A stretch of DNA of 64,000 nt from Enoplolaimus lenunculus (lineage: Eukaryota): positions 310,001-374,000 of the forward strand of contig JASANG010001128.1 of NCBI GenBank assembly GCA_030248215.1. The letters are read 5' to 3'. Made by a program: the position numbers and the translations under genes. Under the pieces are notes generated by a model. That model ran no database searches and had not been told where the DNA came from. It worked only from the letters and a program-made list of their open reading frames with translations. Positions 38,194-55,455 of the stretch are shown here, piece by piece; the first letter of the stretch is position 1, and every line of letters begins with the position of its first letter.

Positions 38194-39860
38194 AATGGAA
38201 CATTTGCGAATTTGCAATTTTCAAATTTTTAGAATTTAAAATATCAGGGTACTTGTTTACCGACCTTGTCCCAAATGATTAAGACAAATTTTCTGAAACA
38301 TAGGACAAATGTCTGAAATAAAAAGACCTGTTTTGCTGAGTTCTGAGACATATATGTCTTAGAAACAAGAACTGCCAGAGAAGTCGCCTTCAAAATTGGG
38401 AGTTAAGCATAATCAAATTCCCTAATTTTACAACCTAAGATACGTCCAAGACGTAAACTTAGGTTGGGGATGGTGAGCATGAGCTCAACCCGTAATATCT
38501 CTGAAATTCGATTATTTATATACTCTTTTAAGAATACAAACGGAGCAACTTTTTACATACATAAAAATCAGAAAATTAGTTCATTGAATCTAAAACATTT
38601 ATGTTTTAATCATTTAAGAAACAAATTTTTGAACTGTTCAAGACTATTTAGTGTCTGAAAAAACCAGACATTTGTCTTGAAAATTTAAGATAGTAGGAGT
38701 CTTGAAATTTCAAGACAATTATTGTGTGTAGAATAGCGTAAGTATGCACAAATCAGTTATTAATTCATTTCTAACACATTTCCATAGTTTAATTTTAAGC
38801 AGAATTTAAAAGAAATAATATACCATAAACCACCATAACTGGCGTATTAATACAGCTAATCACAGGTAACAGAAAAATATTACCTACAACTTATCCTACC
38901 ATGAGAGTCTACAATTTCAATTACACCAAGGTTAGTATGCCTCAACGGTTACCTTGTAATAGATCAAAAATTTAGTCAGCGACATAAGTATTTATCCAAC
39001 TTAAGTACGCTTTTAAAAATGACAAAATGGTTAAGTAATTAGTTCGCAGCACGTACTTAAGTACTAAGCTGTACTTAAGTAGCGTTTTGAAAACCCAGCC
39101 AATGTGTTGCAAAACACCGTTGTAAGTCATCTGACAACCTTGTATGTCCTCATAAAAAATTTACCCCCACTGTAAGGTGAGCCAAGTTATGTACCTGACA
39201 GAACACACGTTTCATATTTCCCATAGGATTATTTTACGTTATTTTTGCTAAACTCTATGCTGTCGGCGCAAAGACTATTTACACTGACATCTAGACCCGT
39301 ATTCTCAATTGCATATAGCATCTATCACCAGTTGGTAATAGGTTTTCAAACTAACGAACTGCAACAATTGCAGATCTTCAGATTTGCACAGTAGTGTAAA
39401 TCGAATGCAGTAAATGTTTTGAATTTCAAACCTTTATATTACCTGGTCCGAAAGTTACAAGACCTATCACCAACTGGTACTCGGTGCTACACGCATTTCA
39501 GAATACGGGCTCTAATTTGCATATGCGTTTTTCTTCTCTTCTGTTAATGCACTGATATGCTAGAACGCTGACCAAAATACGTATATGGGGCGTTTCAGTT
39601 TTAATAAGACAGACAAAAGATATGTTGTGTTTTTATGAGTAAACATTTGTCTGTCCGTCTGTCAATTGTGAAAACGTTATGCCGACATTCCGAACCACTT
39701 CAATAATTTAGTCGTATTCAACTAAATTTTCAATTATGTGTAGCACCTATCACCAGTTAGTAATCGATTCTACTACTACAACAGCTGGAAATCTGAAATT
39801 TCGCCAGGTAGCAATTCTAAGTTAAGCAGTACCATATAGAGCCCTTCACGAAAATTTTAC

Positions 39861-39920
39861 TGCCGATGCGGTGGGGATCGAACCCACGAATCAACAAATG
39901 TATTTAACCTACTCAGCGGC
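39861..39920 (-). other. tRNA/SINE-derived fragment
   Basis: The minus strand reads GTGGGTTCGATCCCCAC, a T-arm with a B-box. No complete cloverleaf is visible. Confidence 0.35.
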
Positions 39921-40931
39921 TGATCCTGGGAGTACACCGGATGTGGATCTATAGAGTATGAAAGGTGCATCACTCCACGAACTAACCCTGACCCCTGCTG
40001 AAACTTGTGCGATGAATATGGTTCATCTGAAGCTTACAACATTTTTTCTAGCCGATTAGGTGAAAATTATGGCCAGCCTGAACACGAATTTAAAAAACAA
40101 GCAAATTTAATATCTAAGCCCATGTACAGATCAGGGGCGGAACGTTTTTCTGTTGGACTCCAATAGAGTAGGTAAGCTTACGCTTTAGACTAATTTTTTG
40201 CCTGTCTTAGGCTTACGATTAGACTTACCAATACGCTTATAATATTGGCCATCTACACTTTAGACTAATTTTTTGCTTGGCTTAGGCATAGAAATATGCT
40301 CATTCTTACGCTTAGACTTAGGCTTAGGAATATCTTGATAATACTGCTCCGCCCCTGTTCTTTACATTGGCCAACAATCCACAACAGGGGTCCCACAAAT
40401 ATTCAATTCCATTAATTTTTTGTACAAAATTAATCTTTAATAATGAAACTGAAAATTCACCAAATGATTTTTCAATTTTTCCTGAAGCCCAGCCTCGTGC
40501 TTCGCTTTGGCTATACGGGTTCGAAACCGACGCCTAAGTAATTTTAGTATGTCGAGCAATTAGGAATTTCGACCAATTTATACAGACAGAGATCACGGCT
40601 GTAACAGTAGTAGTATAAGCATCTTTCTAAGTCTAAGCAAAAAAATTAGTCTAAAGCTTCTTATGCGTATTTAGTCCATTGCAGTATCGCAGAAAAACGT
40701 TGCTCCCCTGATCTTTACATGAGGCCGCAATTAATATCACAAAAAAATTCAACTTGGAAATTGTTATCTTACGTAATCTCTCGTCATCTTTCCGCAATCA
40801 TTGGTTACATTCCTGGATGTAAGTAAAGTAAACTTAATTCGCATAAAAGGACTTTCTGGTGTTACCAACTGAAAAAGTTGCCAAAAACCTGTGAACAAAA
40901 ATATCAACGACAACATTACCAATACTTATAC

Positions 40932-41095
40932 CAGGCCCGTAGCTCACCTTGCTGGGGGGGGGGGGCAAAATATTTTCAGGAGGGGCATTCAAAGGTTTTG
41001 AACGACTTACCGACCTACAAGCAAAATTGAAAATCTTCTAGGGGGTCCAAAATTTTTTCAGAAAGGCTAAGCCCCCCGTCTTGGCTACGGGCCCG
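40932..41095. mobile_element. hAT-like MITE of the CAGGCCCGTAGCCAG family, which has many degenerate copies at about 30.8 kb and 46-57 kb
   Basis: CAGGCCCGTAGC ... GCTACGGGCCCG with a perfect 8-bp TSD ACTTATAC. Confidence 0.85.
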
Positions 41096-41332
41096 ACTTA
41101 TACTTGATTAAAATGGATTCTTGGCCCGTAGTCTCAAATATGTGCAGCACCTATTACCAGTTGGTGATAAATCTTGTAGCTTTGGAACCAGTCAATGCTG
41201 GGGCTCAAAATTTAGCACATTTTTCGCATATGAATTGTTCTATATGTGTGTGTATCAATTTTGAATTCGACAACTGCAATAGTTAGTGATTTGAAATCCT
41301 ATTACTATTAACTGATGATAGTTGCTATACAC

Positions 41333-41531
41333 CAGGGATGTGCGGTCTCGGTCACAAACCGAGACCTGAGACCGAGACTGTTTGGTTTCGGTTTCGGTCA
41401 ATTTTTGACCGTTACCAAGCATAGACCAGCCAAATCCCGAGACTTACCGAGACCGAGACCAGCCAAATCCCGAGACTTACCGAGACCGAGACCAGCCAAA
41501 TCCCGAGACTTACCGAGACCGCACATCCCTG
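41333..41531. mobile_element. hAT-like MITE with three 33-bp internal repeats
   Basis: Perfect TIR CAGGGATGTGCGGTCTCGGT ... ACCGAGACCGCACATCCCTG; partial TSD ctatacac/cgagacac. Confidence 0.8.
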
Positions 41532-41647
41532 CGAGACACATTTGAGAATATCGCCAGTGATTACAAAGCAATACTTTACGACAGTTAAACTTAAAATATA
41601 ATTAAAAAATTGAAAAAAAAATTGAAAAACGAAATTTCATATGAAAT

Positions 41648-45480
<3,833 letters not shown>

Positions 45481-45963
45481 GTTAAACACGAAATTTCAAC
45501 GTAAAAACAAACAACGTAAGTTATACAAGGTAAGTGTAATACACAGGCAAAATATAATCTATAATGTATTTTATGTATATATTTATATTTTGCGTTTGTA
45601 AACAATGATTCAACACTATATACGTATGTATCGCATATTTATGTATTGAAAATTTTAACAAAATTCGTTAAATACAGGGGCGTGTGTATATGTCTTAGGT
45701 TAATCTGCTATTTTATTTATAATAGTAGTGTGGCCGGCCTGGGCTAAACTGCTATTAAACTTATAGACCAATCAGATTTGATTATTTGGATAGACTCAAT
45801 ACAACCAATCAGCGTTGGTTTTACATCACTGTTGTTTTGCGAAATCTCACAATCGCAATTAGCCAAGGCCAAAACTGCAATTTGCTACGAATAGCAGATT
45901 GGCCTAGATGAGACCAAATTGGTTAATTGGCATGAGTAGCAGATTGGCTTACGACATACAAGG

Positions 45964-46351
45964 CGGGCTCGTAATCAGAAGAAGGCCGGTGCCGCCCCCG
46001 TAAGCAAATTTATATTGGTGGCACAATGGTAGCTAAAATGGTCGAATGCTAATGAGTGTTATTTTACCAAAATCACATTGTGTTGCGAAAAAATGTGACA
46101 GACAAGATGCTCATTCGACAGTGTGATATTGTGAGCTCTGGGCGATATTGGAGAGCTGTGCCCCCCGATCTGAACATTGGGGGCAAGTGCCCCTTGCCCC
46201 GCACTTCCGGCGCCCATGTGCTCAGCCCTCTGGAAAATTTTGTTCCCCTCTAGAATAGTTTTAACCTTGCTTGTAAGTCATCGAAAACCTTATATGCCCC
46301 TTCTGAAAGATGTTTAATCCTCCCTAGTGAGGTAAGCTGGCTACGGACCTG
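45964..46351. mobile_element. hAT-like MITE (CAGGCCCGTAGCCAG family) with a nested insertion
   Basis: A perfect 8-bp TSD ATACAAGG flanks CGGGCTCGTA ... CTACGGACCTG. Confidence 0.65.
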
Positions 46352-47018
46352 ATACAAGGTAACGGTAGCATAGATGTAGCTGAGATTTCAGTTCGTGAAG
46401 ATAAAAATAAATGTGATGTGAACCATAATTTATTGACCTCAATTATTTTAACCGCTTTCAAGAGGGATAACTCCGATTCATTACCTGGTCCCCAAATCAG
46501 AATCATTGTTTATTCATTTAAACATCAGATACAAAAGTTACGTTTGCCTTCTCGCTGACTCAAATCGAAATTTTGTAACACAACGCATAACGTAATACTT
46601 AATCGGTATGAACAAGAGTGCATAATACAAGAGTGTGCAACTCTTTAGGGTTCGTTTGGTACAAAATATTCCACCGGACGTTGCGTTTTTGGCCGACCCA
46701 CATTTGTTTAAAGGGGGGTCGTTGTCACATGCCATAACCCCAAATTAAACTATAAGCACATAAAGTTTGGTTGCCAAATACATAAAAAATGTCATGGTCC
46801 GCACAGGTTGTATCTTCCCTCTAAATAAAGGTGGAAGTTGGCCAAAATCGCAACGAGTGCCGGATACATTCGTTTCTACACAGAATGTGCCCAGTTGCAT
46901 ACTCTTGCTGAAGTATGCATCATCCACTCTTGGTATGAATAACCTGTAGGTTCCAAGAAGTCAGAAACCACTTTTTCGCAACCTCTGTGCCAAAGTTCGC
47001 AAAAGCTTTAATATCAGA

Positions 47019-47110
47019 TGACGTCATTTCGAAATGAAATGTTTCGTGACGTCATTTCGAAATGAAATGTTTCGTGACGTCATTTCGAAATAAAATGTTA
47101 TGTTACGTCA
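47019..47110. repeat. 28-bp tandem repeat, about 3.5 copies, each containing TGACGTCA
   Basis: TGACGTCA at 47019, 47047 and 47075, and TTACGTCA at 47103. Confidence 0.85.
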
Positions 47111-47796
47111 TTGATTTAAACGTACCATATTGACAAACCAAACGCGAGCCCAAAATAAGTTGTCGTCACAGGCCCGCAGCCAGATGATGTGGGGTCTAAA
47201 AATTTTTCAGCAGGGGCATACCAAGTGTTTAGGTTAGACTTATAAGCAAGGTTGAAAATTTTCTAGGATTGTCAGGATTGTTCCACGGACGGCTGAGGTT
47301 CCTTTGGTTGCAGGACCGTCATGGTTAGCGACCATGCTGTGAATGCTGCCGAAACAAATAAATTACCTGTTATACCTGTCGCTAAAACTGTTTTAATACT
47401 CGATTTGGCATCTATAAAACTTTTCTCGCATCTCTAATAGCTCATAAATACATTGAAACGAAGTTGAAACAAAATCCATCCGTTCCCTGTTGCCAAGGGG
47501 GGACCAGGGTGGGCTCAACCTCTCTGGAAAAATTTTGGCCTTCCCTAGAAAATTTTCCAAGTTGCTTGTAAAGTCATTAAAAGCCATTGATTGCCCCTCG
47601 TGAAAATGTTTTAGCTCCCTTAGCAAGGTGAGCTGGCTACGGACACTGAATTGATCACCACTTTTGTTAACAGTTTGTCAACCCATCATCGGCGACAATT
47701 TTTTCACAAACGTGGGGGGTCAATTCAGTTATTTAGACATGTTCCTCACTTTCCAAGAAGCGATGGCTGATCACGCCACAATTTGTTAAAGCGAAC

Positions 47797-47990
47797 GGCC
47801 AATGTTAATACTTTGAGGAGCGTAACAGTAGATTAAGCGTATTCCTAAGCCTACGCCTAAGCCTAAGCGTTGCAAAAATGAGTTCCTAATCCAAAGCCTA
47901 AGCCGAAGCAAAAAATGTAATCTAGAATCGAAACCTACTCTTTTATATTCCCACCAGAAACCTGGACGCCCGTTAAAGTAAACATGGACC
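47797..47990. mobile_element. GGCC-ended MITE with GCCTAA repeats
   Basis: Perfect 8-bp TSD AAGCGAAC. Further copies at 28768-28968, 34467-34658, 49683-49870, 54636-54850 and 57597-57781. Confidence 0.85.
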
Positions 47991-48546
47991 AAGCGAACAA
48001 TACAAACCTAAACAGTAAAGTTTAAAAGTGAGCAGTAAAATATGCGGATGCAATGTTTGCATTTTGCTAAATTTTGACTTTTCACTTTGACATAAATTTA
48101 TCAGGTACACAAATTTAATATTCCACATCCTTCTACCACCCAATAGACGTCTGTTAAGCGGCTTTGTTAACGGTGATGCACAGGTTTATATCGGGCAATT
48201 AACCTGCCAGACGTTTTGGCCACTACTAAGCCAATCAATTTTTTTGTCTTTCAAAACTGGGGGGGGGTCCAGATAAACTTATACGAACCATACGGTGCAT
48301 AACTAACGCTCCTGACCCCTTTATTTTCGTTTCCACAAGCTTTAGGCTTAAGCTTACGGTAAACCTTAAATATTGGAATAACCTCTACAATACGGCCAAA
48401 ACTGTTCCAACGTATGCCAAGACCAAGCGCCCACCTGGACCGTTCGTTGCCCACCAACTTGTAAATGCGAAATTTGATTGACTCGCGAAGATTCGTCGTC
48501 CATCATTTATGCTTAGGCTTAGGCTTACGGCTTATATGCTCACAGA

Positions 48547-48921
48547 CAGGGGCGGATCCAGGATTTCAAAATGGGGGGGGCAACATTTCACAGGTAATAA
48601 ACTTATTTTTGATCCATACTGTAGTGACCCAAATAAGAGGGGGTCCCCATTTTGAGTCCCAATTAATAAGAGTCCGTATTCCTAATAAAAATCCGTAAGT
48701 GGGTAGAGTCCTTAAAACCTTGTTAGAGTCCATAAATGTCTATTATCCCTAATTGTAGCGCATAAATGACTCCAGGGCCAAGAAACTTTTAAAGCGTGCT
48801 TATACTATTGTGTATAAAACAGAGAAATAAACAGCGTAGAACAGCAATTGACACTGTATAATTTTTGTCGAAATGCTGTTGAGGGGGCACGGCCGGGGTG
48901 ACCCCCGTGTATCCGCCATTG
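48547..48921. mobile_element. hAT-like MITE (CAGGGGCGGATCC family) with a nested Tc1-type MITE fragment
   Basis: Perfect 8-bp TSD CTCACAGA; an internal TACTGTAGTGACCC fragment at about 48617. Confidence 0.8.
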
Positions 48922-49259
48922 CTCACAGATTTATTCAAAGGTTTCAAGACACTGTTCGGCGATAAACTGCAGTACGAAGAATTGTCGTTGATTCGTCTAT
49001 AAACGTTCACCTTAAACACGTTCTGAACAGTCACAAGACGCCAAACCTCCAATCCAGCGAGTGCCAAATTTGTTTGACCAATACTGAACGAGCACTTCCC
49101 CTGGCTTTCGTTGGCTACGAACCTGTATGCCATCAGCCCTACAAAATTAAATCTTGGCATATGTCTCAAACCTACACAGCAAACATATTCGACAATATGT
49201 GCCCAAAAACAATAAATACGGCGTTTTGGTATTGAAAAAATTAAGTGTTGTTGTATATT

Positions 49260-49441
49260 CAGACCCGTAGCCAGCTCAACCTTACTGAGGGTGGTGGCTA
49301 AAAAATTTTTGTTCAGAACGGACATACAAACGATTTTCGTTGACTTACACGCAAGGTTGCAAATTGTCTACGGGGGAGGGCAAAATTTTTCCAAACGAGG
49401 TGAACGCCTCCTGGCTCCCTCCGGATTGGCTATGGGCTCTG
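49260..49441. mobile_element. hAT-like MITE (CAGGCCCGTAGCCAG family)
   Basis: Perfect 8-bp TSD TGTATATT. Confidence 0.8.
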
Positions 49442-51155
49442 TGTATATTGTGTTTCTACACAGGATATCAAAATTATAAAAAGCTTTTTTATATGGGAAC
49501 ACAATTTTATTAATTTTGGCAAAAATCATACGCTGATGCGAACAGGAGTTTGGTTAACAAACACGGCAGCCAAGCTATTGCATTTCCACACAATAGCTTC
49601 ATTGTTTGAACTCTTGATAGACAGGGGGCGTAGGAAGGATTTCAGTTCCGGAGGATCGTATAACCTTTTGTATGCAGAATTTGGCCAATGTTATTTTAAC
49701 GGGCGCAACAGCAGATTAAACGTATTCCTAAGCTTAAGCCTAAGCCTAAACGTTGCAAGAATATGTTCCTAAGCCTAAGCCTAAGTCTGAGCAAAAAAGT
49801 AATCTAGAATCTAAAATTACGTTTTATAGACCCACCAGAAACCTGGACGCCCCTTAAAGTAACGTAGGCCGAGAATTTTTTGTTCTCTATCATCCCAGAA
49901 ATGGCTGACCGAGGTGGTATACTGGCAAAAAACATTTACGAAACTCAATTTTTACTGTACGCAATATATGTGTAAATTTTGTGGGGAGTGGCGAAATTGT
50001 AAGTCAAGTAGGGACATCTTACCATTTTGTCACAAAAAAATTTCCTCATACGGGTGGTACGCGGTCTCCACCTCCCATCTCTGGAACTGCTCTAATGTCC
50101 ATTGTCCAAAGCGTGATTCTGGCCTGTCAAAAGTGGTATTTCTGGTTTCGTCCAAAATTTCGGGAAATCATTGACGGACAACGGTAGCCGGCATTCCACT
50201 AAGCCAACAAATACAAAGTACACGGCATCCGGAGCTGAGCTAGCTCACCTTACTATGGGGGCTATAAATTTTTCACGACGGGTAAGGTTTTTGTTGACTT
50301 ACAATGAAGGTTGAAAATTTTCTAGGGGAGGCCAAAAATTTTTCAGGGGTTCTGTAGCCCCCCTGGCACCACCCCCTTGGCTACGGCTCTGGGGATGGGG
50401 CTGAATTCCCTGAGTTACCGTTGGGTATGGCTCGGAAATGGAAATATTTTAATAAAGATTTCGGCACTGTTCACTCATTTTAAACATGTTCAAATGGTTA
50501 ACGACCGTTTTAAAACAATTGACCACGAGTATACCAGGTAAAGTTAAACCTGGAAGGACCAAGAAAATTTAGGGGCGGCGCCAAGTGGACTTGGGGCCAC
50601 TGGTAGACCAGCTCAATGGCGTATGCTAAACACGGTAAACCTGCCAATTTCGTGGGTCTTATGCCATTTCGTTCCCATTGGTCCGTGTTAAAATCAGCTT
50701 GCTTATATAATACATATTAATCTGTTACCGGTATTTATACCTTAGCAAGTGTATAGATAAAAATACTGCGATGACCAGAGGATTCGTCTAGAGGGACACT
50801 TTTTTACTTTCCATTCAGGGGTATACCAGCCCACCCCCTGAACCCTTCAATTTTAAGAAACGCTAAGTAAATATGGCCGTAGCTGCAAGCGGCGGATTCA
50901 AGAATTTCAGACGGGGCTAGCAGGGTGGCAAATGTAATAAAACGCACAAATTGTAAGGTAGAAAACCCATTCTCATTTTATCGCCAAAACTTTTGTGAGA
51001 TTAAAAAATTGTACGATCCTTATCATTTAATCGCAAAAAAATTTCTTATGGGGGGCGTACGCCCCTCCCCCCCTCCGGCCCCCCCCCCCCCCCCCCCGCC
51101 CCAAAAACAAAAAAAAAAAAGGAAGAAACCCCCCAAACCCAAAAATAGCCTTTAA

Positions 51156-54095
51156 CACGTTCGCGACAAAGTTACCCACCGGTGGGTGATCTTCGTAGTG
51201 ATTGTTCGACAATGTTACCCACGCGTGGGTGATCGTAAGAGGTTTTTAAACACACATTGCGTACTATTGTCTGTAGCAATATATTAGATATTGGCATATT
51301 GGCCAAGCAATCGCCAAATCTTTACGATGGAGGTATGTTACCCACCAGTGGGTAACATTTGTGTTTGATCGGAGGGTTGAAACAAATTTTCGCGATTTCC
51401 TAAATGTTACCCACCTGTGGGTAACATTGTCCATTGAACCCAATAAAACAAAACTAATTTGAAACAGATCAATCAATAAAGGAAACAAAATGATAGCTGA
51501 CGGCAATATTGTAGCGAGAAACGTCGCCATATCTTAATTTCTTAATTATTCCATTGCAACAAAATGTGAGTTGAAGCATGGAACACACATATATGGCTGT
51601 TTCTCACATGTCTCGCAAAAAAATACCACCTTTGGAACCTTCTTTAAAACTTCATTCCTACTCAAACCCGGGTTTGCTGCACGAATGCGCTGATAACATT
51701 GGCTGCAATGTCGACGCACATTTCGAACCATTCCTTCTTTTTTACCCATCTTGTGCCCTTTTACAGCCTTATATGATTCCTCGATGCTTTTTCTTGTTTT
51801 CACGGTTCCTCTTTGCGTGACCATAGACGTGCTTGGCCCAACTACAGTTTTCACGTGAAAAGATCTCGGCCCACGAGAAACAGCTTCGTCTTCTTTACCC
51901 AACAAAAACCATCTAACCAACTTCTCCCGAAATTCTAACATAGGCACAGCGCGTCCTAATACTGATCTGTATATAACAGCTGCATTAACTACGCTTGTTT
52001 CACAAAGAAACGTAATTGCCAATTTCTTATACCATTTTAAAGATTTGCGAACCTCTGAGTGATAAACTGCCAACTGGTCCGATACGTCCACTCCTTTTTT
52101 CGCATTATTATAGTCAATCACCGCTTTTGGTTTCATTATACTGTCGCCCTTCCAATTTGTTTTGCCAGTGTCAACTAAATGTGCTCCATGATCTGGGCGA
52201 GTAGTGCAAATCAATACGTCACGTTTATCATGCCATTTCAAAACTTTTATTTCGCCCCCATATGTTTCTTCCGCAAGTTTGAAACAAACAGTTTTCTGTT
52301 TACCTATTATTTCACCCCGCTGAAGCTTCTTTTGCGTCACTGATTTTGGGTTACCAGCTCGATTAACGCGTAAGGTTCCACAAACATAAGTGTCTCTAGC
52401 AAGTAGCATTTCTGCAATTCGCACGCTTGTATAAAAATTATCCATGCAGTAGGTGCGTCCTTCGTCAAAAAGCTCTTCCCCCAACTTCATCGTAACGTCT
52501 GCAGAGTGCGGAAGACTTGACGGCCGAACTTGTCTACCTTCATAAACCATCATATTCCAAGTAAAACCAGACATGCAACACAATTTGTACACTTTGACTC
52601 CATATTTATGTGATTTTCCAGGATTGTATTGCCGAAAACCCAATCGTCCTCGCCACGCAATCATACTCTCGTCAATTACGAAAATTTCGCCGGGCCAATA
52701 CGCTTTTTGATAGTTTTCAACAAGCCGATCTATCAGACCTTGAACTCGAAACAACTTGCCTCCGCCAACTGTGGAGTCAGCAAAATGAAAAAATCTAAGT
52801 ATGTTTTCAAACCTCACTCGCGGCATAATACCTGAAAGTATACTTGCAGAGTATAGCTTGCTCTTTGCCCAATAGCTTCGGATTGATGGCATTTGAACAA
52901 GTCCCATGTACAAAATGCAACCCAAAAATTTATAAATTTCTTCCGGCGTAGTAGGTCTCCACCACTTATCAAACTTCTTTTGATCCGAAACGCTTTGCTT
53001 TGAACGATACTGTTCTGCGTACCGGTTCGTTTCTTCAGCAATGAAGTTCACGATGTGTTCGTCCACCAGTGCTTTGAAGCAATTGACAGCAAGCACTTGA
53101 CCACCATGCCCGCTTCCCTACAAATATTTTTCTGCATCAGATTAAAGCCCTATTCCCGCGTGCAAGTTCGTCAGCAAAAAGTCGCAGCCACTACATGCAC
53201 CGAATACTTTCAGCTGTATGTCTTAACAAGGAAACATCCCTTTCATTCTCAAGCTTGACATAAATTTATATGAATATTTTGCAAACGATTGCAAGAAATA
53301 TCAAGCATGAGCTATAATATATCAGTTTACAGCCAATGCGGATTAAATAATTCCACTCACAAGGCAATTCATATCTATCAATTAACCCTTGACGCATATT
53401 TATCATGATTAAGTTGCAGCTACACATGCAATTCTTTACCTTAATTTTTATCTGAAGTCCGCTTCTACCATGAAATATGGGTTTCCCTTCGACATTATCA
53501 ATACTGTGCCATTCGGAATTTGTAGCCAGTTCGTTGTCACCAAGCATAGTACTATCGCTGCCCTCACCATCGTCAGTTTCGCTAGTGCTGCTGTTAGACT
53601 CTCGTGATTCAGTCGGCTCTTCGCTTGCAACATACGACTCGTCGGATTCTGAATCTGAATCGACTGGTTTATCAAATTTCGGAGATGCCGCTGGTAAATA
53701 TATTCCCAGTTCGAGTGATTGCGGTTCGTCCTCTTCGTCTGTGTTATGTTGAGAATCATACATAGACATTTTTTGAAACGACGTTAAGCTAAACTTATAT
53801 AAAACACGTAATAGCCTTAAAATTTTCAACTAATGTGGTCAATGTTACCCACCCGTGGGTAAGAATATGGTGGGTAACGGGTGGGTAACATTGACTGTGG
53901 TTACGAAAAAATTGAATTGCTTGCGTAGTCAATAGTTACCCACCGGTGGGTAACAACCCGCAGTTGCCTTTAGTAACGGTAAAAAAGCAACACAACTGCA
54001 GATATGTATCAAACTTCAGCGCCATACTGCCGATTATTTATATAAACATATTGTTTGTGTAAGCTGACTCATTTTTTAAAAATGGCGCGAACGTG
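51156..54095 (-). mobile_element. Full-length piggyBac DNA transposon (2940 bp)
   Basis: TTAA TSDs at 51152-51155 and 54096-54099, a 10-bp perfect TIR CACGTTCGCG, subterminal palindromes GTTACCCAC-nn-GTGGGTAAC at both ends, and an internal transposase gene. Confidence 0.95.
51546..53769 (-). CDS. PGBD4: piggyBac transposase (PGBD4-like), 633 aa; exons 53769-53440 and 53117-51546
   Basis: Acidic N-terminus; a phase-0 intron AAG|GTAAAG ... TTTGTAG|GGA joins the two ORFs in frame. DDD motifs IDESM, MDNFY and GVDVSDQ are present, as are QYNPGKSHKYG and a C-terminal cysteine-rich domain CxxC..CxxC..CxxCF..H. Confidence 0.92.
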
Positions 54096-55455
54096 TTAAA
54101 ATGGAACCGCTGAACTCTCAGCGCGTCGAAATCTATAAAATAGACTGTTCTTCATTACATTCCTATGGGTCCATATTCCGTACCTACGCCGAATAACCTT
54201 AAGAGATCAACAGAATTTTTCTTGGTCGCTACACTTCGCAAATATTTTTTATGACTATCGCCTGCCGAAATGATATTCTGCCTTCGCCGTTTCCCCAAAC
54301 CCGTAGCTAGCTCACCTTGCCAGATGGGGGCTAAAAATTGTTCAAAAGGGGCATATAAGGGTTTTCGTTGACTTGTAAAGCAAGGTTGAACATAGGATGG
54401 GCCAAAACTTTTCCACGAGGGCGGGCTGTGCCTCCCTTTACCTTCCTTTGGCTACGGGCTCGTTTTAGGGGGAACCCAAAATTATCCCAGACGGCGAGGG
54501 CTGAACCGTACCATGGCCCATTATGGCTACGGACCCGCCTTGCCCTTTATATCTGATTGTATCCATAGCCTTCTACATCCATAATAGTCATCCGTCATAA
54601 TGTGCGTAAGTACAAACGAATTTATGAACAACAACGGTCCATGTTACTTTAAGCGGCGTCCAGGTTTCTGGTGGGTCTATAAAAGAGTAAATTTAGATTC
54701 TTGATTACATTTTTTGCTTAGGCTTAGGCTTATGCTTAGGAACACATTTTTGCAACGCTTAGGCTTTAGCTTTAGGCTTAGGAATACGCTTAATCTAAGG
54801 CTTAGGAATACGCTTAATCTGCCGTTACGCCCCTAAAAGTAACGTTGGCCAAAAACAACTGTGGTGTGTCGTCTTTGACACGTTATATCCAAAAACTGAC
54901 AATAAAAAATGTACTTCATCAAAATGACAATGTTATCGCCACTGAGCAGTGTATACACAGTCGGGTAGCCAGCTCATCTTGTTTAGGGAGAGCTAAAAAT
55001 ATTTCGCGACACGCATACGTCACGAGTTTTCGTTGACTGGCAAGGTTGTAAATTTTTCCACGGGAGACAGCGACCCTCCGGGCGCTCTGGCTACGGACCC
55101 GTAGGGAATGTCAACAAATTTGGGCTGGATTGGTTGTGGGGGTCGGTGCTCGAAAAACGAACAAAATATTGACTAAAAACACACGCCCGTCGATAGCTCA
55201 GATCGCTAACGGAGGGGCCAACAATTTTTCAGGAGGAGCATTCAAGGCGATTCAATGACTTGCAAGAAAGATTCACAATGTTTTCGGGGGCCAAAATATT
55301 TACAGGGGGGCTACGAGGCCGTAAAACGTATTAAAAAATTACAGTGATTATAGTCGCTGTGGTGAAGAACACACGTAAAACAACGTACAAAATATATTAA
55401 AAGTGTTTTCTTGTTATTTTTTGCATAATACAACTTGAAAATGTAATACTCCGTA

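Noticed and set aside
51050..51150. Poly-C/poly-A stretch encoding poly-Pro/Lys
   Set aside because: Low-complexity homopolymer sequence, possibly low-quality base calls after a G/C run.
53266..53829. Acidic 187-aa ORF as a separate gene
   Set aside because: It is exon 1 of the piggyBac transposase reading on into the intron.
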